This document shows, piece after piece, positions 41,560 to 53,060 of a stretch of DNA of 64,000 nt. The DNA lies in assembly GCA_951406725.2 (NCBI GenBank), contig OX597816.1, positions 156,054,001-156,118,000 of the forward strand, given 5' to 3'. The stretch comes from Octopus vulgaris (lineage: Eukaryota). Under the pieces are notes generated by a model. That model saw only the letters and a program-made list of their open reading frames with translations, did no database searches and was not told the origin of the DNA. The position numbers and the translations under genes are program-made. Every line of letters starts with the position of its first letter. Position 1 is the stretch's first letter.

Positions 41560-41565
<6 letters not shown>
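40502..41565. mobile_element. Family H1: 562-bp tandem unit (about 1.4 copies) plus inverted partial copy; retrozyme-like
   Basis: 40502-40723 is repeated at 41064-41285. 41292-41565 is the reverse complement of about 40820-41094. (TA)n on both flanks. Confidence 0.85.
40794..40845 (-). ncRNA. Minimal type-I hammerhead ribozyme motif with palindromic stem III
   Basis: Minus strand reads tgag-CTGATGA-tagaagtgttgttttgactaatctt-GAAAC-gtac-GTT-ctca; aacgtacgtt is palindromic. Confidence 0.8.
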
Positions 41566-41598
<33 letters not shown>

Positions 41599-41637
41599 AC
41601 TTATAAATAAGGGCTAAAGAAAATTATTTCAATGCCA

Positions 41638-41671
<34 letters not shown>

Positions 41672-42196
41672 ATGTATGTATACATATATATATCTGTGTG
41701 TGTATATATATATATATGGGTGTGTATATATATATATGTGTGTGTATGTATAGGCATATACAGGGTGGAAAGAAATCAGCGTCTCAACTCTGTGTGAGTA
41801 TGTGTGAGTATGTAAATTGTCAATAACCATTGACAATTTTGTCTTTTTTTTTCGGCATATTTGTCATTAGAATTTTTCTTTTGCCCTTATTTTATAAGTT
41901 GTTTATAAATTTAACCTTTAAAGGTATTTTTTGATATACTAGCCATTCATAAAATTTGTTTTCGAAAAAAATTTATCCTACATTAGTTATATTTATACAT
42001 ATTTATATATGTAACGATGCAACACTATGTTTCTACTACTGTATACTTTTAGTTGTATAGGTAAGAGGTTACCCAAAATTACATTGAAGAACATTCTGCT
42101 ATTGAGAAGTAAAAGCAATTTTTGTTCTATCATGTGACTCAGTCATTAGAAGAATCATATTACTTGGGAAACAGGACTGATTTTCAAATATAACAG

Positions 42197-42246
<50 letters not shown>

Positions 42247-42464
42247 CAAGGTGATATATATATATAGAGAGAGAGATGGATGTATATATATATATATATA
42301 TATATAGATATGTTTGTTGAAATGGAAAGATGTATTATCTTGTTACGGATTACTCAAAAGTTTAACCGATACCTGGGTAGCAAAAATCACAGCAGAAAAA
42401 ACACGGTTGGAGATATGACGATATGGTGTTGCAACCGTGCGTTGGCGCGGATAATTGAAGTTTA

Positions 42465-42664
42465 ATATAATTAGTGAATAGAAGAAATGGAGTTGAACGA
42501 AGATTGTACAGAATTCCTTTTATTACATTCTACACATGTTTCAAAGGCCACAATTTAATCAGAATTTAACCAGAATTTGGAAAATTGTGGCCTTTGAAAC
42601 ATGTGTAGAATGTAATAAAAGGAATTCTGTACAATCTTCGTTCAACTCCATTTCTTCTATTCAC

Positions 42665-42673
<9 letters not shown>
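42465..42673. repeat. Perfect 92-bp inverted repeat with 25-bp spacer, abutting (TA)n
   Basis: 42465-42556 is the exact reverse complement of 42582-42673. Confidence 0.9.
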
Positions 42674-42727
<54 letters not shown>

Positions 42728-43020
42728 GATAGATAGATAGATAGATAGGTAGAGAGATAGATAGATAGATACATATGCGTGAAAGAGAGAGAGAGAGGGG
42801 GGATATTTGCATTTTCGAACACGAATCACCAAAAACCTGAATAATTCTATCAATCAATCGCTCCATCACTCTATATATGTATGTATGTATGCTTGTATGT
42901 ATGTTTGTATGTATGTATGTATGTATGTATGTATCTATATATCTATCTATCTATCTATTACCGTCTCTCATTTTGTTTATCTCTCTCTTTGTATGTAATG
43001 TATGTATGCATGCATGTATT

Positions 43021-43059
<39 letters not shown>

Positions 43060-43514
43060 CCATGCATACATAAATATATACGTGTGTCAGTGTGTTTAGT
43101 AAGAAATGCAAACATTTTAAATACTTAAGCATAAACGTATCCACCATTTATATAACATAACACTTTAAATAAAATCATGCTTATTTCAATCAAATATTGT
43201 ACGACATCAATTCTTCGCAAACATTTGTAATTCAATAAAAAAAATTATCAATCTCTCTCAAATTAGATACTTACAGGTACTTTTCTATTATTTTTTAAAA
43301 CTGATATGTTTTTATCTCTGCTAAGTAATTACTTACTTAGCGATGCAGAATAAACACCGCCACTCCCATACGCACGAGTCCATACAATGTATACATTAAT
43401 ATCTGAAATACATGTATATTCATGATTCGAGTCGATAGCAACGTTAATAGTATTTCCTAGCTTTGGATATAACGACTAACCTTTCACACACACACAATTT
43501 ATATATAGAAAAGT

Positions 43515-43554
<40 letters not shown>

Positions 43555-43615
43555 CTTTGCATGTACCAGATCCTCGCATTGTTGTGTTTCCTTGTGTGTT
43601 TCTCTTGGTTTTTTT

Positions 43616-43660
<45 letters not shown>

Positions 43661-45289
43661 CATATACATGCATACTGCATAATTTTGTGATCGTGTTTAT
43701 AAGAAAATGCTAAATAATAACAAGCTCTAAACAAATGACAATAATCCGAAAAGTAGATTTCCTCATGGAATTTTATTGGTGACTAGGTTACAGACAAATT
43801 TCGTTCGGGTCTTGCGATTTCGTTACTGCTAGAATTTCCATGAACATATATAAGGCTAGAAACTTAACTATACATCTACAAACTACAGACTAATAAACTT
43901 CTACAGAAGCAGGCACGGACACACATACACACACGCCTCAGACACACACAAACAAACAGTGATAAAACATATTAAAAGGAACGGTTACATGATTTGCAGA
44001 AAACCGTCCGACATCGAGAATCGCAGCTATGCTCACTCTTTCAATGTACGCAATGCAAAAACTTCCAATGCGACATTTGAATAAAACTGTACATCGTAGG
44101 ACAAGATTAGACATTACGAATAGAATGGTACTTATATTAAATCACCTCGGTAAGTTAGCTGTGTATTTTTTACATGTGTAGTGGGATGAGGTCACATAAT
44201 TTTGAATACGTGAGAATGAAACTGAAATGTTAACTGCAACTGGAACTACATTTTGATAGATATGCGTTGTACACCAAAAGAAACATTTCAATCGCATCAA
44301 AGAAGAGAGAAAGAGAGTAAAAGGAAAAAGAGAGAAAGAGGAGAACAGACAGAGAGAGAAAGAGAGAGATAGACTAGAGTGAAGATGAAGCACTCTTCAT
44401 TTTTGATATAAATATGACATGAATTTTTCATACACATGAGAATTCGTAATGACAAATACATAATATATATACCTATAAATTTGTAGGGAGGTGAAAATGA
44501 TAGCGACTGAAGTAAGATTTCAACTCACAATATTAAGAGATTTGCAGTGATATTTCGGCAAATGCCTTGTTATTTAAATGGCTTTCTCGTTGTCGATAAA
44601 CCTGTGAAAAATAACTGACAAATCTACGTCAAATTATAGTCTAAGAAAAATAGTTGATTGATGTTGTCCGACATAAACTATCTTGGACATAAAAGAGATG
44701 GTCACGGCTGAAACGCCTTTGATTCTTGATGAGCTTCATTAGAATTGATAGGAGGAAATAACAAGAGCAACAACAGCATCAACAACAAAATAAACCAGCG
44801 GTGTACTATTTGTGAACTTCTCCAGGAGTCAGCAATTCGTTCCAATATTGAAACTGAGAAGCCAATTTTTTAATATATATATATATATTACTTGAAATTA
44901 AATATTTCCTGAGAGTCATAAATAGGTAATCCTGCAAAGATTGCATTCTTTCATATCAAACAAAACTGAATAAACAAAGAAAGAGAATAAAGTCTGAAAC
45001 ATCTAACCGAAGCTCTACCTTTCTCTGTTAAACTGGGTTTAATTGCGTACTTTACTTCGATCTTTTGTCGTGATAAAACAGACTTCATGCCTTTTTGTGA
45101 GTGTTTCGTTTGTGTTTCAGAGGAAACCCGTTAAACGTAATTGCCTGTAGGTTCACACAGTAGTAGAGACAAATACGCCCTCATATATGATACATAACTC
45201 TTTATTTTCTGTATCACCAAAAAAATTTCATTTTGTATATATTAATCAGTAACAATCATGTGATACAGTTCTATATTTAAGAGATGAAG

Positions 45290-45496
45290 AATTATGTACA
45301 TTATTTACATTCGACGGATATTTGTCCTCATCTCGTTTGTTGTTAACACAACGTTTCGGCTGATATACCCTCCAGCCTTCTTCAGGTTTCTTGGGGAAAT
45401 TTTGAAACTGGGTTCTCATTCCTAAGGTATTTTCCGATGTTATTAGTATTATTACTATTATTATTTTATTATTATTATTATTATTATTATTACTAC

Positions 45497-45555
<59 letters not shown>
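45290..45555 (-). mobile_element. Family H2 3' module with hammerhead (45345-45390) and (TAA)n; probable matching head remnant at 49060-49166
   Basis: Minus strand reads gaaac-CTGAAGA-a-ggctg(gagggtatat)cagcc-GAAAC-GTT-gtgtt. 49122-49166 (caggtcactgtttggaatcgaactcagaatccttggggttagta) matches the H2 tRNA head. Confidence 0.75.
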
Positions 45556-46292
45556 TATGTTTGACTTTTGCTTTATGTCTGTATAAGTTGGCTTTAAGTC
45601 TCACCCAGAGACCTCAAGAAACAACAGGTTGGAAGTTCACATTGTTGTTATGTCTAGTGTGCCATATATTTGGGGTTTTTTTGGTGCTGTATTAGTGAAT
45701 GTCTAATACATAAATTTAGAAAGAAAGAAAAAAGTTTGTTTTAAACCTTGGGATTACATAGAAAGTATTTTGCGTAGGATATGAGAAGTTCCCATGAGCA
45801 CTATATTTTGAATTTCTGCCATTTTGGGGTTTCCTGGTTTCTGAGTTAGGTAGCAATCAGCCCCTTTCGCTATCATTCCCAGGGCACCTATGACAACAGG
45901 TATTGTTTTAGTCTTCAGGTTCCACATTTTGCTGATTTCTATTTCAAGATCTTTATATTTGCTCAGTTTTTGGTAGGTCTTGACAGATACGTTTATATCG
46001 ATTGGGACAGTCATATCAATGAGGAGGCATGTTCTTTGTCTGAAGTCTTTCACTATAATGTCTGGCCTATTTGCATCTATCTTTCTGTCAGTTTGAATGG
46101 TGAAGGTCCAGAGAAGTGAGATGTGGTAATTTTCAAGCACTGGAGGTGGATTGTGTTCCCACCAGTTTTTTTCATGGGGCAAATCCAGGTTTTTGCAAAT
46201 TACCCAGTGAATATATTGTGCAGCTCTATCATGCCTGTTGAGGTACTTTGTATGCGCTAGAAGACTGCATTTGGAGACAACATGATCAATGG
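45555..46292 (-). mobile_element. 5'-truncated R4/Dong-like LINE #1 (CCHC end, REL endonuclease, 3' UTR)
   Basis: TIDHVVSKC...RHDRAAQYIHW...LLWTFTIQTDRKIDANRPDIIVKD...CLLIDM...KLSKYKDL; ends in (TAA)n. Confidence 0.9.
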
Positions 46293-46497
46293 TTATTATT
46301 ATTATTATTATTATTATGAATATGAAATTTTTTTCTTCTTTCAAATTTTCTTCCATTTCTTGCCGAGTGTCTTCCCGACTCCTAGGGCAAAGAAACTCAT
46401 AGTGTATATTGGTAGGCCATTAAACCAAACTCAGTAGTTCGTTCATTTTTTTTTTTTTTTTTAAAGTTAAATTAAAATACATGAGCAGCAACAGTTC

Positions 46498-48597
46498 TCA
46501 CATCGACAATGCTCTTCTCAATACGTGTGATGTACCAGTTAAGACAATCTTTTGCACTTCTTGCAGGGATGGTAAGTCAGGGATCATTCTCATATAATTT
46601 TCGGTTCCCTTCTTGATCATTCCTAGTGCTCCTACGATCACTGGTATTGTAACCGCCTTGAGATGCCACATTTTCTCAATTTCAATGAGTAGGTCTTTAT
46701 ATTTTCTGAGCTTGTCAAACTCTTTCGCTGAGATATTATGATCACAGGGGATGCTCATGTCGATCAATAAGCAAACTTTATTGTTTTGGTCTTTCACAAC
46801 AATATCTGGTTTATTGGCCTTGATGGTTCGGTCTGTATGTACTGGAAAGTCCCACAGGATGGTTACATTTTCTCCTTCAGTTACAGCCTCAGGGTGGTGA
46901 TTATACCACTTGTCGGCAGTTTTGATATTGTAATGCCGACTTATTAGCCAGTGGAGATATTGGCCAACTCTGTCATGTCTTAATTTATACTCCACTGGTG
47001 CTAAGACTTTACATCCAGAGATTAGGTGGTCCACTGTTTCAATCATGTCGTTGCAGAATCGGCATTTTGGGTCTGCTCCATTTTTCATCACATTGGCCTG
47101 GTAGTTCCGGGTTAATAGGCTTTGGTCTTGAGCAGCCAGGATGAAACCTTCGCTCTCTGCTTTTAGCCCTGAGCTCCGCAGCCACTGATGGGTTTGCTTC
47201 TGGTCAACATCAGCTTGTTTGCTGCGGGTCACATATTTGCCGTGCAGAGGTTTCTCCTCCCACCTATCAGCCAATTGCTCGTGCGCTTTTTTTATTGCCA
47301 TCATTTTCACCTTCTTTGCAACAATAGTTGCCGTACTTCCCTCGGGTTGTTCAGTTTGGGTATCCTGCACGAGATCAATAGCAAATTTTTTGCTTTCCTT
47401 GATGATAGAATGAAGCTTCTTTCGTCTCTCGTGATTTTCCACGAGCTTTAGCATCCAGTCATTCGATATTTCGAGATATTTGGCCAGTCCAATTGTGGTT
47501 GTTTTGTAAGCTAGTTCAAATTGGATCAGGCCTCGACCTCCTTGGGCTCTGGGAAGGTAAAGGCGATCTACGTCTGCCTTTGGGTGGTGCATCCTATTAC
47601 AACTCAGCAGCTTGCGTATTTTTCTATCTATATTCTTTACTTCACTCATATTCCAGTTCAACACATTGTAGCTATAAGTAACAACTGGAACTGCTAAGGA
47701 ATTTATAGCTAACACCTTGTTACGTGCATTTAGTTCAGATTTCAGGACTGCACGAACTCTCCTATAACATTCCTTCCTGATTTTCTCTTTCATGCTTGCA
47801 TGCTGAATACCAGAGCCTTCATTTATCCCTAAATATTTGTATGTCTGTTCTTGCTCAAGCTCTCTTATGACTGTGTCAACATCTAACACGACTGAATTTG
47901 TGGTCTTCACTTTCCCTTTCTGGAAAGTGGCCTTGGCACACTTCTCAAGTCCAAACTCCATCCCGATGTCATCGCTGAATGCTTTCACGGTGCGCAATAG
48001 GCCTTCAAGTTCATTATTGTCTTTACCATAAAGTTTTAAGTCATCCATATAAAATAGATGGCTTATTTTTTTATTGGCAATTTTATACCCATACCCTGTT
48101 CTGTTTAATTCACTTGTAAGGGGTATTAGGGCTATGCAGAATATTAAAGGTGAAAGTGAGTCACCTTGAAAAATTCCACAGTTGATGTTTATATTTTCTG
48201 AGGCAAGTACTCCATTAGAGTGGTATAATTGGAGATTCGTATTCCACAATGACATATTGTGCTTCAGGAAGTTTGAAATCACAGGGGAAATTTTAAAGAT
48301 GTCCAGCGATCTCAAGATCCATGGATGCGGTATACTGTCGAAGGCCTTTTTATAGTCAATCCATGCGGTGCTGAGATTTCTGCGCTTGTTGTGACAGTTC
48401 TCAAGGATCATACGATTGATTAGCAGTTGATCTTTGCATCCGTAAGAGCCTCGGCGGCACCCTTTTTGTTCAATGGGGAAAATATCGTTCTTCTCCATGA
48501 ATGCATATGTTTTCTCCGCCAGGATAGATGTTAGGATTTTATACGTGGTGGATAGACAGGTTATAGGCCGATAGTTTTTTGGAAGGTTGGTTTCGTT
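46498..48597 (-). CDS. Non-LTR retrotransposon RT, CCHC zinc finger and restriction-like endonuclease (N-truncated; the track's N-terminal extension to 48735 is an inversion artefact)
   Basis: NYRPITCL, QKG, WIDYKKAFDS, GIFQGDSLSP, FYMDD, YKYLG, CRFC..ETVDHLISGC, RHD, KPDIV..LLID..KLRKY. Confidence 0.92.
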   Translation of the reverse strand, partial: NETNLPKNYRPITCLSTTYKILTSILAEKTYAFMEKNDIFPIEQKGCRRGSYGCKDQLLINRMILENCHNKRRNLSTAWIDYKKAFDSIPHPWILRSLDIFKISPVISNFLKHNMSLWNTNLQLYHSNGVLASENININCGIFQGDSLSPLIFCIALIPLTSELNRTGYGYKIANKKISHLFYMDDLKLYGKDNNELEGLLRTVKAFSDDIGMEFGLEKCAKATFQKGKVKTTNSVVLDVDTVIRELEQEQTYKYLGINEGSGIQHASMKEKIRKECYRRVRAVLKSELNARNKVLAINSLAVPVVTYSYNVLNWNMSEVKNIDRKIRKLLSCNRMHHPKADVDRLYLPRAQGGRGLIQFELAYKTTTIGLAKYLEISNDWMLKLVENHERRKKLHSIIKESKKFAIDLVQDTQTEQPEGSTATIVAKKVKMMAIKKAHEQLADRWEEKPLHGKYVTRSKQADVDQKQTHQWLRSSGLKAESEGFILAAQDQSLLTRNYQANVMKNGADPKCRFCNDMIETVDHLISGCKVLAPVEYKLRHDRVGQYLHWLISRHYNIKTADKWYNHHPEAVTEGENVTILWDFPVHTDRTIKANKPDIVVKDQNNKVCLLIDMSIPCDHNISAKEFDKLRKYKDLLIEIEKMWHLKAVTIPVIVGALGMIKKGTENYMRMIPDLPSLQEVQKIVLTGTSHVLRRALSM

Positions 48598-48942
48598 ATA
48601 GGGAAGGAGAAAGTAACCGTTAAAGACCCCCCTCCCATGGAAGAAGTTCAAAACTTTTGGGAAAGGATTTGGAGTGACAAGAAGACGTACAACATAAATG
48701 CAGACTGGATTATACAAACTGAAGGATCCTACCAAAATTTACAACAACAAGCATGGGAAGACATCACAATAGCAGACCTAAGAAAGGTACTCACGAAGGC
48801 CCATAATTGGAAATCCCCCGGTAAAGATAGGGTGCCGAATTTCTGGCTCGCATCGCTCCCGTGCGCACACGGTAAGCTAGTTCAGCTGCTCAATGGAATT
48901 TTGAGAGACCCAAAGAAAACACCTGAATGGTTAGCAAGTAGA
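48598..48942 (+). CDS. Inverted upstream segment of the same ORF (RT domain 0 region)
   Basis: GKEKVTVKDPPPMEEVQNFWERIW...NWKSPGKDRVPNFWL...PEWLAS, which normally precedes G.T.LLPK..P.NYRPI. Confidence 0.85.
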
Positions 48943-49059
48943 GGCAGTTGTGGGTATTAAAGTTTTTAAAGCCGATCGGATGTATGTTTGAAAGCTGTAG
49001 ATACGTAAATTTGTAAATTTCTTAACCCACTTTGAAGAGAATTTCAAATACTCAAATAC

Positions 49060-49100
<41 letters not shown>

Positions 49101-49799
49101 CATTATTATTATTATTATTGCACAGGTCACTGTTTGGAATCGAACTCAGAATCCTTGGGGTTAGTATGTCAATAATGTAAATCAAGTCATACTTCCTAAT
49201 AGTCTGTGTATTTTATGAACCAGTTGCAATTACTAAGCTGCTACACGATTTTTCTTCGATTTTACCAAAGAGCGACTTGTTCAATAGATATATTTGATTG
49301 GTCGCAAAGAAAAAAAATGATCTATTGACATAAACCTATTTGAAAATATCTACTTGAATTAGATAAATGATTAGGTGTAGGAATTTTAAATAACCGTGTC
49401 CTAATACTAACGACATTGCACAAAATTTTCATCACTTTGAGGTTGATATAATGAATGGAACTAACACAATTGGATGAATCATAAAAAGGCAGACTTGTGT
49501 TATACGTGAAATCAGGCTGTGTGTGTGTCAATGTTCTGCTTCATCAAAGAGCGACGAGTCAACCTAACAAAGCATCGTTAGACAGCGTCGTCGTGATCAT
49601 CATCATCATCATCATCGTCGTCGTCGTCGTCGTCATGATGATGATGATCATCATCATCATCGTCATCGTCATCGCCATCAGTGTCGTCATCGTCGTCATT
49701 CCCAATCCCATTTCACAGCAATGAAAATATGCACGACCACATCAAAGACTTCTTTTCTAACAGCTAACTGCACACATACACGCATACACACACACACAT

Positions 49800-49839
<40 letters not shown>

Positions 49840-52800
49840 ACACGCACACACATACACACAACATTGCAACAATTTCCTGCATTAAACCTAATGATATTCG
49901 AAAATGTAATACGTAATGTGACTGGATAAAGATATAAAAAACATTTAACAGAATCCCGATTACGTCTTACTTTGCACAAATATTACGGAACTGAATGCTG
50001 TGGTCAATAGAATTCCTAACATTCCCGCATTGATCTCTTCGATGGCTAATCAATCCCGCTGCAGATGTGCATGTTTTGAATCATAGGTGATAAGCAAGAG
50101 TAGTAAAGTCATTTATCCAAGATGTTTCGCGCTTCGAGATATATTTCTGAAGCGAAATTCTTATTCACTCAGTTATACCAGCGTCCATATAACCATGTGT
50201 GCTCCAACGAATATTCGTGTTGGATATTGAACTACGTATATAAGTAAGTGTGAGTGACTGTGTGTGTGTGTATGTGTGTGTGTGTTTGTGTCTGTGTGTG
50301 TGTGTGAGTGTTATGAGTTTCGTTGTCGAATGATATTAGATAACTTCGGAATGGAGTTTAATTAACTCATTCACAATATCATTCTAATACCGCTAAGTTA
50401 ATAACAATGACCTAGGTTATAGCTTCCGTGACGCCTGTAATTTTCGTTTCCCTGCTACGGCTGTATGAAGCTGTTGTTGTTGTTGGTTTTGTTTAGGTCA
50501 ATCATAAACACTCCGCCTATGACCATTCCATCTTAAGTGTCATCTAGATCTACGTTTTCTAATAAGTACTTTTTATTTTTAGACGGTACTTAGGGATCGG
50601 ATCTGAGAGAGATCTGGTTGCTATTTCCCTCTGTGTGAGCGACCATATAAAGGTTTCATCGTATATATTATTTGTCTATGTTTTAATGTGCATTGATCAT
50701 GAGTTGATTCGCTCAAACAAATCTGTTTCAAATGTTTTATGAGATATAATTATCTTAACATACATATAAAAGTACATGTTAGCATTCGATCTTTTCTCAA
50801 TACCTTAATCATTTCCTGTGGAAATCATTATAGAAACAAGCAGATGATTATAGTTTAAATCAATGGTAAATGCTACGGAATGTAGATTCTACGCAATATT
50901 CGTCTAATAATAATATTGAAATAGCTCCAAAGTATACTCGTGTTAGATATTGAACTAAAGTAAGGTAAATTCTCATAAATTATGTCACAAATCAACAATA
51001 CCATCCTATGAAATCTAAAACTCGCAAAATACATATTCTATTATTTCACTGATGAACTCATTAAATTTCAGACTTTGTATCTTAGTATATGTGTTTCACA
51101 CACATACTTCAACGGGGAGGTTGGCGTGCAAAAACTTCACATCTAAATTGAAATTCCTTTATACCCCAGCTGTAATGTGAGGCAAGGTAAGCGTTATGTC
51201 TTAGGTTATCATAAACTATCAGATCAGTACTAAGCTCCAACTGAGATTTATAATTACGTTACAAAACCCATCGCATGATATTGCTTTGTCATTGTCAATA
51301 AATCTTTCTCTTTTTAACGGTAACTAAATATTTGATATTTTCATGGGGAAAATAAATAGCTACGAGTATCGCCGTGATTAATATAAAATAACATCAAACA
51401 AGTGTTGCAGCGATGTTATGCTGCAAGCCTTCAAAGGGCTTTTGCCGCCTTTGACAGAATACTTCTGTGAATGGAATGCCCTAGTAAATTTTAATTGTCG
51501 AAAATGCATGTTTACGGTATTAGTATGTGGGAACATTCTGTGCAAATCTAAATTATATTTGTATATCGATTTTGTGGACTTGGACGTAACATGAAGTAGC
51601 GGCTAAAATACAAGACATCTAAGCAACTAATCAGGTTGCACCATTGTGGAGGCATGATAGGTAGTATACGCTATAGTTCGATCTAGATCCATCCATTGTA
51701 TTCTTAGATTTGAGGAAATGTTGTTCTCTCATTAAAGAGAAGGCTAATAATCTGTGCGAAATGATACAATAGTGTTTTGATTTCTGTTGTAGAGTGAAAC
51801 AATTAGATGTATTCACTTATATTTTATGTTCTTATTTCAGGGATTACGTCAACAGCCCTTTTTGTATTCGTCTATAAACAAGACCATTAACAGTATTTGA
51901 AGACAACCACACACTCGTTTATAGAATTAGTTTGGATGCGTACGCTTATCATTTCTTCGAAATCGAGAAAAATTCAAATTTACTTGCCTAATGAATTGTG
52001 ACCCAATTAATAAGTCATTATCTATTCGTAGTGACAAATTGTTAAGAAAACTATGAGTTTCACTTCATCATTGACAAGATAAATGAAGCAGACAATAACA
52101 ATGAAAAAAGATAATGAATCAATTACAAACACAATCATCAGAAGCAGGATATAATGAATATATGGAAATTGTAAAAAAGTAGATTGTAATTGCTGACAGA
52201 GTTTGAAATCGTCAACATTCTCAAGAAGCAAAGAAAGCAAGTTTGTCGGGAAGCATTCATTATATTTCCGAGTACTGTAGATGCATTCAATTCCAACTGG
52301 ATGTTATTTTACTTCAAAATAGAAGCAATAATCTTGGAGAAAATTGTTCATTCATTTATGTATGATTTATATGTTTCAGTTGGGTATGATTTCCATGCGC
52401 TAGTTGGAAAAGGAACATAAGCGAATCAATTAAGTTTAGATGTATTTACATTCTCTTTCTATACGTAGGCCCGCGGGAAAAGCAAACTCCCAGACTTATA
52501 AAAAAACCCAAGCCTTTAGTTTATTGAGATAAGGTCACATTTGTCAATGACTATAAAATATATATGCATTTAATGTTTACCAAAAGTCCTTAATCATAAA
52601 ATACTTTTGCAATACATATTTTAATTCAGACACTTAGTAGTACTCCATATTTCATTTCAAAAGCATTATATTATAGTAATAATTCAACGATCGACCGGTC
52701 TATTTAGAACACGGGTGTCCCAAAATTAATATTTAGAGAAAGTACGGTGTCTGCCTTTCACAGTAATATAGCATTCTAATCCAGGCTTCTGAAACTTTAA

Positions 52801-52859
52801 ACAAATGTTCTGACTGCTTAAATTTTTGTAGACTTGTGATCAATATTTATGGAGAAATT

Positions 52860-53060
52860 AAGGCGGCCAGCAGGCAGAATTCTTAACAAAACGCTTAGCG
52901 GCATTTCGTCAGTCTTTACTTTGGGGGTTCAAATTCCACCGAGGTTGGCTTTGCCTTTCATCCTTTCGTAGTCGATAAAATAAGTACCAGTTAAGCACTG
53001 GGGTCGATATTATCGACTTACTCTGCCCCAGAAATTGTTGGGTTTGTGGCAGAATTGAAA
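52860..53060 (+). mobile_element. SINE family B
   Basis: aaggcggccagcaggcaga...gggttcaaattccaccgagg...ttgcctttcatcctttcgtagtcgataaaataagtaccag. Confidence 0.8.

Larger units (their letters stand above)
46293..48945 (-). mobile_element. Young R4/Dong-like LINE #2, 5'-truncated with inverted 5' segment
   Basis: (TAA)n tail at 46293-46318, 3' UTR, uninterrupted ORF, and an inverted piece at about 48598-48942. Confidence 0.9.

Noticed and set aside
48598-48735. N-terminal about 45 aa of the 745-aa ORF
   Set aside because: Antisense read-through of the inverted segment, not a true N-terminus.
51841-51900. Strong acceptor-like ttcttatttcag followed by a short frame; donor at about 51187
   Set aside because: The frame closes after 19 codons; such motifs are expected by chance in 64 kb of AT-rich DNA.
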